A stretch of 64,000 nt of DNA from Octopus vulgaris (taxonomy: Eukaryota): NCBI GenBank assembly GCA_951406725.2, contig OX597815.1:42222001-42286000 (forward strand). The letters are read 5' to 3'. Positions 25,814 through 40,264 of the stretch are shown here, in pieces. Under the pieces are notes generated by a model. That model saw nothing but the letters and a program-made list of their open reading frames with translations, did not search any database and was not told the DNA's origin. Position 1 is the stretch's first letter. Every line of letters starts with the position of its first letter. Position numbers and translations under genes: made by a program.

Positions 25814-26650
25814 TGGAAAAATGCGACCAAGAGAAATAATATTCTTAAGGTTCATAAACTTGGAAAAGTACAGGACAAGTTATTACACATGGAAACGTTC
25901 AAGACAATTTATTACATCTGGTAAAGTACAGAACAAGAAAAATTTTACTTAAAATATTGCAGCTAAGGATATATGAATATTAATATTAAAAATTATTTGA
26001 TTTTAATTTACAAAGTAACATCATAACTAAAAAAAGGTACTGTTAATTTGTTAAAATATTGACACACTAGAAAACTTAAAAAATGAGAGCCAAAGTACCA
26101 ATATAGCTAAAGTTTTATGCTAAGTAGAATAGTATATATGGTAGGCAAATTCTTTATGTAGAAAATAAGCATTGGGTCAAGACTAAAAATGTGAAGACTT
26201 GGCAATAACATAGACAATAACTCAAGCAAATTTTACTGTGAAGTTGTTATAAGTAGATTTCACTGTAATATATAACTAGTTTTTTGTATTATTCTTTCTA
26301 TTGTACTAATTATGTACTACTATCATTTTTTTAACCTATTTTCAAATTTCTAATCATTAATTGATAATTTTATAAAATGAAGTTTTTTAAAGTGCAAAAA
26401 ATATTTTGAGTTATTTTAAATTTTTAATAGAAGTAACAAGTAATAAAAAATAGAATAACGTAATAAAATTTTTAGTTTTAATAAAAGCTAATAGTTTCTA
26501 AACCTAAATATTTTGGAAATTTTAACTTTAGCTGCAATATTTTAAGTAAAGCTTTTCTTGTTCGGTACTTTACCAGATGTAATAACTTGTCCTGTACATT
26601 TCAAGGTTTATAATCTTAAGAATATTATTTCTTTTTCTCGCATTGTTCCA
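25814..26650. mobile_element. MITE or fold-back element with 125-150-bp inverted arms
   Basis: 25814-25967 vs 26527-26650 (acttaaaatattgcagctaa / ttagctgcaatattttaagt; acatctggtaaagtac / gtactttaccagatgt). Confidence 0.8.
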
Positions 26651-26660
26651 TGTAATATGA

Positions 26661-26825
26661 TCTTCAAATAAAACCTATTGCTTCTAGCCTCAACATGTCT
26701 CTTTACAAAGTTTCCCTGGCGCCTCGCTCGGATCTTTCGTTCTTTCTATGGTTATGCAGCTAGTGTTATCTAGTGACTCCATCGCCTCCGTCTTGTTGCA
26801 TGCCATATATATATATATATATAGA

Positions 26826-26866
<41 letters not shown>

Positions 26867-26895
26867 TCTTCTTATATATATATATATTTTTATAT

Positions 26896-26952
<57 letters not shown>

Positions 26953-26988
26953 TTATAGACATGTATTATACATACACATACATATATG

Positions 26989-27026
<38 letters not shown>

Positions 27027-27585
27027 CATTTACGTATCATAGTTAACGTAAATGTATTGGTTTCAAATTTGGTACTTATTTTATAGATCCCAAAAGGACG
27101 AGAGGCAAAGTTGACCTCGGCAGAATTTGATCTCAGAACGTAAAGACAGGCGAAATACTGCTAAGCATTTTGCCCGGTGTGCAAACGGCTCTGCCAGCTC
27201 GCCGCCTTACTTAATGTAAATATACTGCGAAAGCTAAATTTACCGCGGTATTTGTCCAGAAATATTATCTCCTATGAATGCTCTGTATTTAAAAGCACAG
27301 AGGGAGACGAAACTCGTCCCAGCATAGGTGAATGAGAATATCATACGCTTTTATGCCTCCTTGGGCTTTATAAATAACGCATACTTGTTTCGTCTAAGCA
27401 TGCTTTGTTAAAGCACGTAAATGTGAATCTAATCTTCAAATAAAACCTATTGTCTCTAGCCTTAACAAATCTCTTTAGAAAGTTCTCTGGCGTCAATCTG
27501 GGATTTTTCTTTCTTTCTATAGTTATGTAAATAGCGCAGATGACAATATCTAGTGACTCCATCACCACCATCCGGATACACGCCA
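26661..27585. repeat. Diverged direct repeats of about 145 bp (26661-26805 and 27433-27585), possibly PLE pseudo-LTRs
   Basis: tcttcaaataaaacctattg..tctagcct.aaca...atctagtgactccatc occurs twice; the first copy runs into (TA)n. Confidence 0.7.
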
Positions 27586-27939
27586 ACTCCGTAGGTATTC
27601 TTTTTGCCTTGGTGTAGTATTTCTCTACATCTCTGTATTTGCACTCGTAATTGTTGACCTGATTTTACTATCTAGCCTTAACTGTTAGGGTTTCACCACC
27701 CCAGACATCCACCAACTCCTTTCTTTGTCACAGTCATTTTAATTCCATACAACACCTACTAACAAATTTCCAGACCACCCATGGGGTCCAGTCACTTAGG
27801 TCTGCTTGTCATGAACATTAATTTCTTGGAAAGCCAAGCATTTAATACCTGCAATTCTTATTCTTTCCTCACAAGGAACGCCAATGGCATATTGATTCAC
27901 ACATTCTCTTATACTGAAGCTAATTCTACTTTTGATACT

Positions 27940-28340
27940 CTTTACTCTTTTACTTGTTTCAGTCATTTGACTGTGGCCATGCTGGAGCATCGCCTTTAAT
28001 CGAACAGATCGACCCCAGGACTTATTCTTTTAAAGCCTAGTACTTATTCTATCGGTCTCTTTTGCCGAACCGCCAAGTTACGGGGACGTAAACACATCAA
28101 CATCGGTTGTCAAGCGATGTTGGGGGACAAACACAGATACACAAACATATACTCACACATACGTACATATACATATATACGACAGGCTTCTTTCAGTTTC
28201 CGTCTACCAAATCCACTCACAAGGCTCTGGTCGGCCCGAGGCTATAGTAGAAGACACTTGTCCAAGGTGCCATGTAGTGGGACTGAACCCGGAACCATGT
28301 GGTTGGTAAGCAAGCTACTTACCTCACAGTCACTCCTACA
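27940..28340 (-). mobile_element. SINE family A, full length
   Basis: Reverse complement of 5043-5441. Confidence 0.93.
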
Positions 28341-29209
28341 TTCAGTAATATTAATAAACATTGATTTCGTTATTGACAACATGACGAAATAGAAACTCTC
28401 CTACTACTTTACTTTGCACTCATCATTTTAGAAGGTAATATCATCACACGACTCTATAAACAGAAGATCTGCAGGATCTTCTTCGTACACTTGAAATCAG
28501 CTTTCAATCACAGTACCAAGTGCAACTACATCACATATGAATTTCATCACATGCATAACACATCCAGTAACACAGCCAACTGAGGTACCTACACCGCAAA
28601 TTTCCAAATAACTTGAATTTTAGAATATTAATAGAAACCTCTCATATTTCATCCAACCCCAACAGGCCTACGATGTAAAATATTGAACAACCATCACAGG
28701 ATCAGACATTTCCTCAAACAACACATGTTAGCGAGACTACTAACAACGCGATTCAAAAAATGCCATTCGCAGAAACGAATGTACATGCTAACTAACTATC
28801 GTATCTGTGACACAAATATATGGGCAACGCAATACGGAAGCTCAAAAGCTGGACCAGGAGTTAACTAAACATATACGCTTCTTTGATTGGGAAACACTTC
28901 AACTAACACAACAGAATATTGGCAACTTGAAAATGAAGGTGGATATTCTCATTAAACAACATGAACGAAAATTCAACAAAACCGAATTAAATGGCGAGAA
29001 CTGGCTTTCTTAATGATCTCACTTCATTTACCTTTCACCTACCCTCTCTGTCTCCATTTTCTAACTAATTTCTCACACATACAACAGCAATATATTGTAC
29101 CACACTAAACAGCTTAGTACAACCGACTCTTTTTCAACAAAGAAATTCTCAAAATACCTTACCTAATGACAAACCTTATCGTAGATGTCAGCTTCACAAA
29201 CTGGCTCTA

Positions 29210-29470
29210 ATTGTTCATGTCACATGTAACGTGCAACTGTTACGACCGGCGTAACATTAACGTAGTTCGGTGGGAGATTTATTGTGACACAGAATATGGC
29301 AAGGATGGCCTTTTCAAATACAGGTACTACTCATTTTTGCCAGCCGAGTGGACTGGAGCAACGCGACATAAAGTGTCTTGCTCAAGAGACACAAACCGTC
29401 GCCGCGTATCGAACTCAGGACCTTAAGATCATGAGCCTAAAATGCTCCAACCACTTAGCCGCGCGCCTTC
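29210..29470 (-). mobile_element. SINE family C
   Basis: Reverse complement of 46405-46722 (gtgtctcttgagcaagacacttt..ccagtccactcggctggcaaaaatgagtagt). Confidence 0.8.
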
Positions 29471-29800
29471 ACCAACTACAACTATAAATGCAGTAATTCA
29501 TCAGTGTTTTCTTTCAAACAATGCACCAAAAAGGCCTGCCGGTAACGACACGTCTCTGAAGTCTTTCAATATTTTCAGTTTTCTACTTGAAAAAGTAAAT
29601 TTTCATGAAATATCGGATCATTAATCAAGTTGTGAAGAGTAATATAATGCTTTTGTTTATTGACATTATGTTACATATTTCGTCAAACACCTCATCTGCA
29701 TTGCTCAAGGGCTTTTTCAAGTATTTACATTTACTTCATTTACACACATTGCAATGCTTCAAGCAAAAGTAAACGCGCGTATAAATACATACATGCATAC

Positions 29801-30291
<491 letters not shown>

Positions 30292-30292
30292 C

Positions 30293-30525
30293 AAGGCGGC
30301 GAGCTGGCAGAAACGTTAGCACTCCAGGCGAAATGCTTAGCGGTATTGCGTCTGTCGTTGCGTTCTGAGTTCAAATTCCGCCGAGGTCGACTTTGCCTTT
30401 CATCCTTTCGGGGTCGATAAATTAAGTACCAGTTACGCACTGGGGTCGATGTAATCGACTTAATCGGTTTGTCTGTCCTTGTTTGTCCCCTCTATGTTTA
30501 GCCCCTTGTGGGCAATAAAGAAACA
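30293..30525 (+). mobile_element. SINE family B, full length, young
   Basis: A-box-like gctggcagaaacg, B-box gagttcaaattcc, centre gcctttcatcctttcggggtcgataaattaagtaccag. Confidence 0.95.
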
Positions 30526-30632
30526 TATATATATATATATTATATATATATAGTGACATTGAAGGACACATCTTTCGATTTACAATCTAATATAGTAGAA
30601 CATTTAGTATATGTCTGTATATGTATATATAA

Positions 30633-30666
<34 letters not shown>

Positions 30667-30938
30667 TGCCTGTTATATACATTTTATTATTTTTATAATT
30701 TACTTCCATCTTTACTTTTTAATTGTCACTTTAATTTTAACTTTCCTATGATATACAATTTTCAAGATGGTGTAATTCAGTTGTTCATTTTGAACCGATA
30801 AAATGTTTTTTTTTTTCAAATATTTCATGTATAAGTCTGTGTATATATATGTAGTGGTATAAATATCAACACAATTTTTTTCTCCTTTCTCCCTTATTTT
30901 TCTTTTCCCTTTTCTCGTTTTGTTTCTCTCCCCTTTTC

Positions 30939-30997
<59 letters not shown>

Positions 30998-31604
30998 ACA
31001 CACACACACACACAAACACACACTGACACAAAGACACACACACACACCTCCACAAAACGATCATAAAAAGTGGAAAGAGTTCTTAAACCCCAAACGGCAT
31101 GTGACCATCCTCACAATGATAAAAGAACGTGTAATTTATGGCCTACCTCCCCACCACCGCACACTCAGTGACACTGAAGTGGTCAAAGCTGAAATTCGGT
31201 GTTCTTTCCAGCAGACCAAAGGAAATTCTTTCCTTCTTCTTCCCTCTCCCTTCCCCTCTTTCTCTTTAGCACCCAGATACAAACGCGCGCGCACACACAC
31301 ACACACACATACACATACACACATGTTCTCTCTCTCACTTTCTTCTCATCCACCTCACCCTCTTGTGCTGTCTTGTTCCTCCCCACAACTACGAAACTCT
31401 ATAAAATGATTAAAATTCCCCACAAAGGAATTATTTTGATTTGAAAACCCCACTAGAATGGGAGAAAGCGCTAATGATCTAAGTGATATGATATATGTAT
31501 AAAAAATGTTATATATAAATAAATATCTGTAAATATAAACCATCCGATCTTCTGATTACTTCATTTCTTCTAATATATATACATATATATACATATATTT
31601 ATAC

Positions 31605-31635
<31 letters not shown>

Positions 31636-31652
31636 CATATATATATATATAT

Positions 31653-33120
31653 ATATGTTAATAAAATAGAACATATGCATATATATAAACATATATGTAC
31701 GTACCTACCTCTACATGTACATATACACGCATATATGTGTACAGGACACCAAAAAGACGTCGAACACATAGAGAGACGAAAAACATAGACACAAACCAAG
31801 GAACAGGACAAGCAAAAAAGAAAAAAAGAGATACAGGACAATAAGCACAACGAAAAATCCCCTTCTTCAGTCGCTAAGGTTTCATCTACTCTACGTTTCG
31901 AAGGATAAAAGCGAGACGTATACTTCGAAGAAACTTCCTTCCTGCGAAAAGCAAATCAATTAAAATTCTGAGATCTTTTCGCAGAGGGGTAAAAAATGGT
32001 AAAAAAAGCAAGACGGTAACGACAGTACAAACATATAAACAGTAAAAAAAAAGAATTATATATAAACAGTTGAAAAAAATAAATATATAACAGTGAGAGA
32101 CAGGACAAGGAGAACAAGATAAGAAGGGCTGTTTACGCCAGACGAAAAAAGTAATGCAAACGCTGGATTATAGTGGACGACGAGAGAGAAAGAATGTCGA
32201 CCAGTGGCCTTAGAAGGCGGGCGAGAAAAGACAGGATAGCAGTTACGACGGAAGTATCGTCGCAGATGGACGACGGGAATGGGGGAGGAGGAGCAAGAGG
32301 AAGAGAGGGAAGAAGGGGAATGGTGCGAGGAGACCATGAAGAATGGTGAGGGGGAGAGAGAGAATGAAGAATGAGAGAGAGAGGAAGAGACAAGTTAAGT
32401 GAGGGAAAAAGGACGAAAAAGGGAATGGGAGAGAAAGAAAGAAAGATGCAGAGTCGCGTGAGAGTTAATATCAAGGCTAACTTGATAAACAGAACAATCT
32501 TACTTAATAGGGTGCGTGCGTTTAGTCGTATAATATGTTAATAAAATAGAACATATGCATATATATAAACATATATGTACGTACCTACCTCTACATGTAC
32601 ATATACACGCATATATGTGTACAGGACACCAAAAAGACGTCGAACACATAGAGAGACGAAAAACATAGACACAAACCAAGGAACAGGACAAGCAAAAAAG
32701 AAAAAAAAGAGATACAGGACAATAAGCACAACGAAAAATCCCCTTCTTCAGTCGCTAAGGTTTCATCTACTCTACGTTTCGAAGGATAAAAGCGAGACGT
32801 ATACTTCGAAGAAACTTCCTTCCTGCGAAAAGCAAATCAATTAAAATTCTGAGATCTTTTCGCAGAGGGGTAAAAAATGGTAAAAAAAAGCAAGACGGTA
32901 ACGACAGTACAAACATATAAACAGTAAAAAATAAAAAAATTATATATAAACAGTTGAAAAATAAATATATAACAGTGAGAGACAGGACAAGGAGAACAAG
33001 ATAAGAAGGGCTGTTTATGCCAGACGAAAAAAGTAATGCAAACGCTGGATTATAGTGGACGACGAGAGAGAAAGAATGTCGACCAGTGGCCTTAGAAGGC
33101 GGGCGAGAAAAGACAGGATA
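31653..33120 (-). repeat. Near-identical direct repeats of about 587 bp (31653-32238 and 32533-33120), PLE pseudo-LTR-like
   Basis: The two copies differ mainly in homopolymer lengths; they lie next to the PLE ORF remnant. Confidence 0.9.
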
Positions 33121-34015
33121 TATATAGTTGAAATTTACAGAAAAATAAAAGACAGTGTCAGGTGTATAAACAAAAAGCAGGTGTAATAGGTTGACGCACG
33201 GGAAGGTGAGAAAGTCTTTTACGTTTCGAGTCAACGCCCTTCAACAGAAACGAACACGATGAAATAAACAGAGAGAGAGAATAAAAAAGCTTGTGGAGTT
33301 AGCGGTCAATCATGGCGACTGCTTGGACAAAGGTAGTTAGACAGGAGAGCTAGGAAGGAAGGGAAATAATAAAGTACCGGTGATCCCAAAACGAAGATGC
33401 ACGTGCGTGTGTGTATGTGAGAGTGTGTAAGTGCGCGTATGGATAGAGGCTGGTGACTTTGACGTGTAGATGTATGCATGTGTGAGTGTGTGCGTTTGCA
33501 ATGTGTGGGCGTGAGGATGATGGTGTGGGTGCTGGGAAGTGGTCAGTGCTAGCATGTGCAGAGTAGTGTGGGGTGGTGTGATGTAGTGGTGTGGTGTGGC
33601 GGTTTTAGGTTGTGGGTTTTAGGTAGCGTGGACGGGAGCTGGGAAACGAGGCAAGTTAGGAGGTGGGGTTAGGGAAGAAACTGCGGATCAGGAGGTCACA
33701 TAGGTTGTGAGCTCGTTTGAAGGAGGGAAAGGGTAGATTGGGGAAAATGTTCGAAGTGGAGGGGTCGGACTGGAGTCGCCGGACGGCTCGGAGAATAGTG
33801 CGTTGGAGGGGCGGGGTGGAGGGCTAGTAGGTAAGGGGAAACGGGAATCGGGCATCGGCGAGGCCTGTGTGAGGAGAGAGAACAGAGGCACGGTCCACGG
33901 AACGTGTTCTGGCAAGGGCACTGTGGGTAGTGGTGAGGGGATATTCACGAAGTAAGAAGTGGCGAGCCATGAGTTGGGGCTGAATCTCAAAGTCATGGTT
34001 ATACCTGCAGGGCCT
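33121..34015 (-). mobile_element. 5'-truncated Penelope-like element remnant (RT thumb/linker at 33672-34015; HHR-like motif at 33215-33252)
   Basis: Minus translation DFEIQPQLMARHFLLREYP..SALAR..RFPFPLTY*P..LQSDPSTSNIFP..FKRAHNLCDLLIRS fits the PLE RGYP..LTYHP..FKR..NL.D.LV.S pattern; CTGTTGA-agggcgttgactc-GAAA-cg-TA lies downstream. Confidence 0.85.
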
Positions 34016-34044
34016 ATACATACATACATACATACATACATACA

Positions 34045-34127
<83 letters not shown>

Positions 34128-34234
34128 TAATGTACAAAGTAGATAGTTATGAGCTACTAATAGTTCATACACTGGAAATACTTTCTTGTCAGGTTTTGAT
34201 AGCATCTTAGAAATTATCTCCAACTTTCTTTTTT

Positions 34235-35490
34235 AATCTAAAATATACTCCCCTTCATTTACTACAATGCTCTTCCATCTATCTGGTAGACTTCCAAGGC
34301 CTTTATTCCAAAATTCACTTGTCCATGACGAAAAATACTCCACTGTTTTGAACTCGTCTACAGAATTCATATTTTCCCGCTCAAATGATTTTGAAGACTG
34401 CAGAATAAATGGTAATCAGATAGGGTAATGTTCAGCGGATATGGTGGGTGGGGCATCGTTTCCCCTTCAAAATGCTCCCGCCTTTGGAATGTCATCCTCG
34501 CTGTATGTGACTGAACATTATCCTGATGGAAGAACTTCTTTCGTTTTGAAACCAAAGATGGCCGCTTTTCTTCTAGCACTGACTTAAGCCGTTCAAGCTG
34601 CTTGTAGTAGACCTCTTTTGTTATCGTTTGGTTTCGGTTGAAAAGTTCAAAGTTCAAATCTTTCATATCCCACTGAACAGATAACAACAACAACTTATGT
34701 GTGTGAAGACCTTCTTTAGCCTGGGGTGTCGGTGTTTCTCCCTTTCCTACCCACTGTCTTCGGCGTTTGACATTTTTATAGAGAATCCATTTTTCGTCAC
34801 CAGTCACTATTCGGTCCAAAAAAGGTTCATTCGTGAGTCGTGACAGAAAAGAAGAGCACTCCTCCAGTACTGTTCTGACCTCATTTACAGAATTCAAATT
34901 TTTTCAGTTCAAATGATTTTCAAGACTGCGGAATAAATGATAATCAGATGGGGCAATGTCTGGCCAATATGGTGGGTGGGGTATCGTGTCCCATTCAAAC
35001 TTCTCCAGCCTTTGGAATGTCATCCTTGCTGTATGTGGCTGAGCATTATCCTGATGGAAGAAACCATTTGTCTTGAAACCAAAGATGTTTGTTTTTCTCC
35101 TTGCGCTGACTTAAGCCGTTCAAGCTGCTCACAGTAGATCTCCTTTGGGTTTAAAAGTTCAAAGTGGACTAAACCTTTCATATCCCACCAAACAGATAAC
35201 AACGCCTTACATGGGTGAAGACCTTCATTAGCTTGGGATGCCGGTGTTTCTCCTTTCCCTACCCATTGTCTTCAGCACTTGACATTTTTATAGAGAATCC
35301 ATTTCTCATAACCAGCCACTATTCAGTCCCAAAAAGGTTCATTCGTGAGATGTGACAGCAAAGAAGAGCACACATTCACTCTCTGCGCGCAATTAGACTC
35401 GGAATGTTGTGAAGAACCTACTGATCCAATTTGCTGACTTTTCCGATGGCACGCCGATGTCGATGAATGGCTGAAGGATCAAATTCAAAC
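34235..35490 (-). pseudogene. Mariner (DD34D) transposase remnants, two tandem diverged copies of the catalytic domain
   Basis: FLDRIVTGDEKWILY, FHQDN, HPPYPLNITLSDYHLF, C-terminal LPDRWKSIVVNEGEYILD; a second frameshifted copy lies at 34862-35380. Confidence 0.93.
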
Positions 35491-35949
35491 TTCCCTGCTG
35501 GATCTTTGACAAAAAATCCAGCATTCCAATTAAAGAGTATAAAATCTACAGAATTGTCTCCCCTTACTCACAGGAACGGGATAACTCCTACCTCATTTTC
35601 TCTTTTGACACATAAAGATCCAAACAAAACACTACACTAAAACACATGCATCCTAATTCTGCAAAGAAGTTTTTCCATGGACTAATATTGAACTCTAAAA
35701 GTATAAAGACACTACAATGTATTGGTATACTTATTTATAAAATTTTGTATATATTTATCATTTTTTTGAAAGAAACATTGTAAATTTCTTTTTTCCCCCT
35801 ACCTCAATTTAAAAAAAATTTTTTTCTTTTCCAAATCTTGAAAATTTGCCTTGCAATGAAAGCTGGTTTGATTTCTTTTTTTTAATTTTTCATATACCCA
35901 TTTTTATTAAAATTTACTTTCAGTTTCACATTCTGCTTTATTATTTTTT

Positions 35950-35986
<37 letters not shown>

Positions 35987-38624
35987 ATATGAATATGTAT
36001 GCATATATATTAACACATGCACGCACACATACACACACACGCACACACACACGCGTGCACACACGCACATGTATATATATATATATATATATGTACTACT
36101 TTTAGTTTCCAATTCTATTAAAGCTATTCTGAGTTTTTGAAAGGTATTGAAGTTGACGATGTCGAATATTACTAATCGTAGGTTACAATTTCTACGAGAG
36201 ACGAAATGTGAAGGCAGATTTTTAGTCACGTGGGAGATACCTTTATATGTATGTATGTAATGTAAGTATGATTGTTTGTATGTTCGAGTGTGCTTGTGTG
36301 TGCGTTTGTCAATCCATAAATAGAAAAAAATGGACGAATCAACAATGATGAATATGGTATTACTTTATTGATTGACAAATAGAAATGAGGGATTTAACGC
36401 TTCAGACATTAATTCTTCATCAGTATGGGTGTGAGTGAAAGAGAGAGAGAGAGAGAGAGGAGGATCTGGGGACAGAGAGAGAGAGAGAGAGAGGATGTGG
36501 AGGATGAGAGAGAAAGAGAGTGAGAGTGGAAAGTGACAGAGAGAGAGAGAGAGCGAGAGAGAGAAAGAGAGAGAGAGAGAGGGATTGGTTTTGTGAAATT
36601 ATGTTTTATGACTTAAACTTGAGTTCTGTCCTGGAGACAGATCAAATAATTTTGATAACTCAGGCATATCTTCTTAATTTGGTTATCAAGAAGGTCACAG
36701 TAAAAAAATAGATCATAAAAATGGGTTTTGGAAATCACAGGTACACATTTTATAGGTTCTGTGTAGTAATCAGTTGTTAAGTTAACAGTTCATTAAAGTA
36801 AAACGTTATTACAAAAACTGAAAGTTTCTTAATGAATACCAATTTGTATATTTGAGATATCGAACTCCTGTGAACCACTCAAGTAATGTAGTATATTTGA
36901 TAAATACTACTCTCTCTTGTTCTAATGTAAGTAGGGAGATAATGGCATCAATATGGATAAAATACACAATTTCATGGTGTATGAATAAGCCAATTTCTAT
37001 TATGTAGTGAAAATGCTTTCTCTCATGTATTTATGTGTTCTTGCCTAGTGAGTGAGCTCAGTTTGCTTTGTAGAATTAATCGGTGTCATCTCAACACTTT
37101 ATCTTTTTATAACTCTGTTGCTATATATGTTTATAGTTACACAAACATTCTGCATGAATTTCAGGATGGAATTATAAACAACACACACACATACACATAT
37201 GCAAATATATACATTCAATGATGTCTAAGTATGTTATTTCTATACAAGTTTAAACCTGTTATATTTGCCATTTTCAATTATGTTAACAGCTTTTACTTTA
37301 TGTTCGTTATATTATTATGTGTATAGATTGTATGCTTTAATATACAAGCACTTCTTGTTTACTGCTTTTTATGGGTTTTTTTATTGTTTTTAGTATTTAG
37401 ATATTTGAGGACAGCAGAGTAGCAGAACAGAACAGAACAAAATAATTTGCAGTATTTGGTGTATTCTCGTTACATTCTTAGCTCAAAAACTGCCGAGACT
37501 GACTCGGCTTTCAATCCTTCAGGAGTCGACAAAATAACACCAGTTACGTATCAGGTGTCAATTTAATTGATTGCACTCTGCCCTGAATGGTTTTATACAT
37601 ATTCCAGAAATTAATATTGAAATGCTCCAGCTTTCTATATTGTTAGTTACAGTCTAAATCTTCTTAAACCGCTCTTGTTGACAGTGAACCTGATACCTCG
37701 AACCAAATATCCAGTCGAAAGGATATGTATTTAAAATTTTGATATTTCGTTTCTTTTTTCGTTTCTGATAATTTCATTATATTTATCACTGTAGATCGAG
37801 TGATAAGCTCTTAGGCAAGCTGAGTCTAAGATTGATGTTAATTCTCAATTAAAGTAAATTGAATTCCTATTTTGCCGCCAATACTTTTAAGTAAGTTATA
37901 AAAACATCTATAAAAACATATAAAATAACTTCCAATATTACATGTGTAAAAACTATTTAATTTCCTCTGCAAATTGATAAATTTTTCTTTTCTTGTCTCT
38001 TCTATTGCTCTGTTTCACATCACTGTTCATCTTTCATCGCACCCATACGTGCACCCTTCCTCCCATGTATACATATGTCAAACATGGCTAAAATAGTCAA
38101 ATCTTCATCTCAAAACATAGGACCTTTGTACAGGGCTAGGGGCAAATTCAGATCTGTGCAGATGGTAAGTCTACAGAAGACACTAGTGCATTCTATAGTC
38201 GAATACTGCTCACATAGGTAGTATAAACGGAGTATCAGTAAATGCAGTATGTACAAAGGAAGAGGGTTAATTGAATACTCCTTTAAGAGTCGACTACATA
38301 TACTAGTACAAGATATCTTTCAAACACAGCCAGAATGAAAACACTACATTGCTCACGAAGCAAATTCCCAAAAGAAAGACAGGGTCTGTCTATCGACATT
38401 GCATAGGCTATCTTGAATAGAGTCATCCTATTCAATGGTAGTGCAATACGGTTTAATTTAAGTTTGAATGATATGTGTAAATATATATCATATATATATA
38501 TGTGTGTGTGTGTGTAATATCATAAATCACTTCAAATCGATAATGAAAAGAAAGATAGTTTATATGGATTTATAGAGACAGAATAAAATTTTCGTCATCG
38601 CTTTTCAATGCAGCAGAGTATCAG

Positions 38625-38659
38625 TGACGTCAAACATCACGTGACATATCGCCATCTTG
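38625..38659. promoter_or_regulatory. Candidate promoter/enhancer: CRE + E-box + YY1 motifs
   Basis: TGACGTCA 38625-38632, TCACGTGAC 38637-38645 and CGCCATCTTG 38650-38659 within 35 bp of apparently unique, CpG-retaining sequence. Confidence 0.5.
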
Positions 38660-38781
38660 TCTTACGCATCGACATCAACGACAAATTCTGCGGAAGATTG
38701 TGTCCAAATGTTTGAATCCCCGTCGTTACAAACACACTTGCACCTGCATGTATGTACGTATGTGCGTATGAATGTATGTAT

Positions 38782-38821
<40 letters not shown>

Positions 38822-39397
38822 ATATATAAGGAACATCCTTTTTCAAACATGTTTTATTGAGGAAAACGAAGGTTCAAGTCGGATCTTAGGGCTTTAAATG
38901 TTTTCATATTTCCTTGTTATTCCTTTAGGCTTCGTTTGAAATAATAGTTTTCCTAATGTTCGAAACTTCATTTTCATAGTAAGCTGCTGTAATAGCATCT
39001 TCATAGCACTAAATTTTACATAGAATTAAACAAAAAAGAGAGAATAATTATGAGAGCTTTACCAATAGTAAAACATATACCTTAGTTATATCATATGAAA
39101 TTTATCGAGATTTACCGTTGATAATTTTATTACTTATAAAATAATTCTAAAGACCCTGTGTTATTGCAGAACGCACAGTCATTATGTTATTACAACGGTT
39201 TACGCTGAAAATAAAACGGAAAATCATTATTGTACCAACCAAGCATAAAGGACTTTTAAAGAAATGACATATGTTCTTATTAGTTCTTAATAGAAAAGAT
39301 CAAACTTGAACATAGCCGTGTTTTTAATATAACGCACAATTTCTCATATGCCTATGCATATATATAGAATGTATTTATCTTATTGTTTTTAACAAGA

Positions 39398-39615
39398 GAA
39401 GGCAGCGAGCGAGCAGAATCGTTAGCACGCCGGGCAAAATACTTAGCGGCATTTCCTCCGACTTTACGTCCTGAGCTCAAATTTTGTTGAGGTCGATTTT
39501 GCCTTTCCATACTTTCGAGGTTGATAAAATAAGTGCCGGTAGAGCACTGGGATTGATGTAATTGACTTAGCTCCTCTCCCAAAACTGTTAGCCTTGTGCT
39601 AAAATTTGAAACCAA
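39398..39615 (+). mobile_element. SINE family B
   Basis: Similar to 30293-30525, but with the gccttgtgctaaaatttgaaacc tail variant. Confidence 0.88.
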
Positions 39616-40264
39616 TATTAAAACACAAGGGTGGGAGGGCAGAAGAATCGTTAGAGCTAGAGTGGTGGTGGTTTATAACATCGATGTTATATTCGGTGAT
39701 AAAAATAAAACATATACATTTGAACAGAAATCTTTAAGTGAGTTAGAATGACTGAGTATTATCGAGAAACAAAATACCTTTGAAAGCCATACTGTTTTCA
39801 TGTAATAACTTTTAACCTCCGGACAAACCAGTCTTCAAACATTACTCTAGACTCATGTCTTTTTATTTGATTGCCCAATGATTAGAAAAGATTATTCATT
39901 TATATCCTTTTAATAAACATTGGGTTCAATTTGAACTTCCATCATTACTTCCAAGTAAAAAGGTTAAACGATTTTGTAATCAGCTTTTGACGCTACACAT
40001 TATCCAAAATGTTCTTATTTTCATTTTCTTCTTGAAAATGTTATTTTCTTTCAAACTGCATTTGACTAGCTTCGCACTTTGGATTATATTTTTCACTTCA
40101 GTCGGATATCTACTTCAGATTCTGCTACATGTTTTCCCAGACTTCACTGTTAATTACAACTAACCAACCAAGGCATTGATAAATCCTTTATCTCAAACTA
40201 TTATTGGGCTTTGATTTCATGTACATTGGATATTTAAGGATGTTGATGTAATTTTGAAGTGAAT

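Noticed and set aside
28350-29200. Possible PLE N-terminal coding remnant (..IKQHERKFNK..W)
   Set aside because: Resemblance is too weak and fragmented to call without an HMM search.
34367-34897. 176-aa mariner ORF as a functional or domesticated gene
   Set aside because: No N-terminal DNA-binding domain, damaged YSPDL motif, and it arises from a duplication junction.
38134-38170. 31-nt AG..GTAAGT microexon candidate; also an Inr-like site and donor near 53626-53748
   Set aside because: Isolated splice-like motifs are expected by chance in 64 kb.
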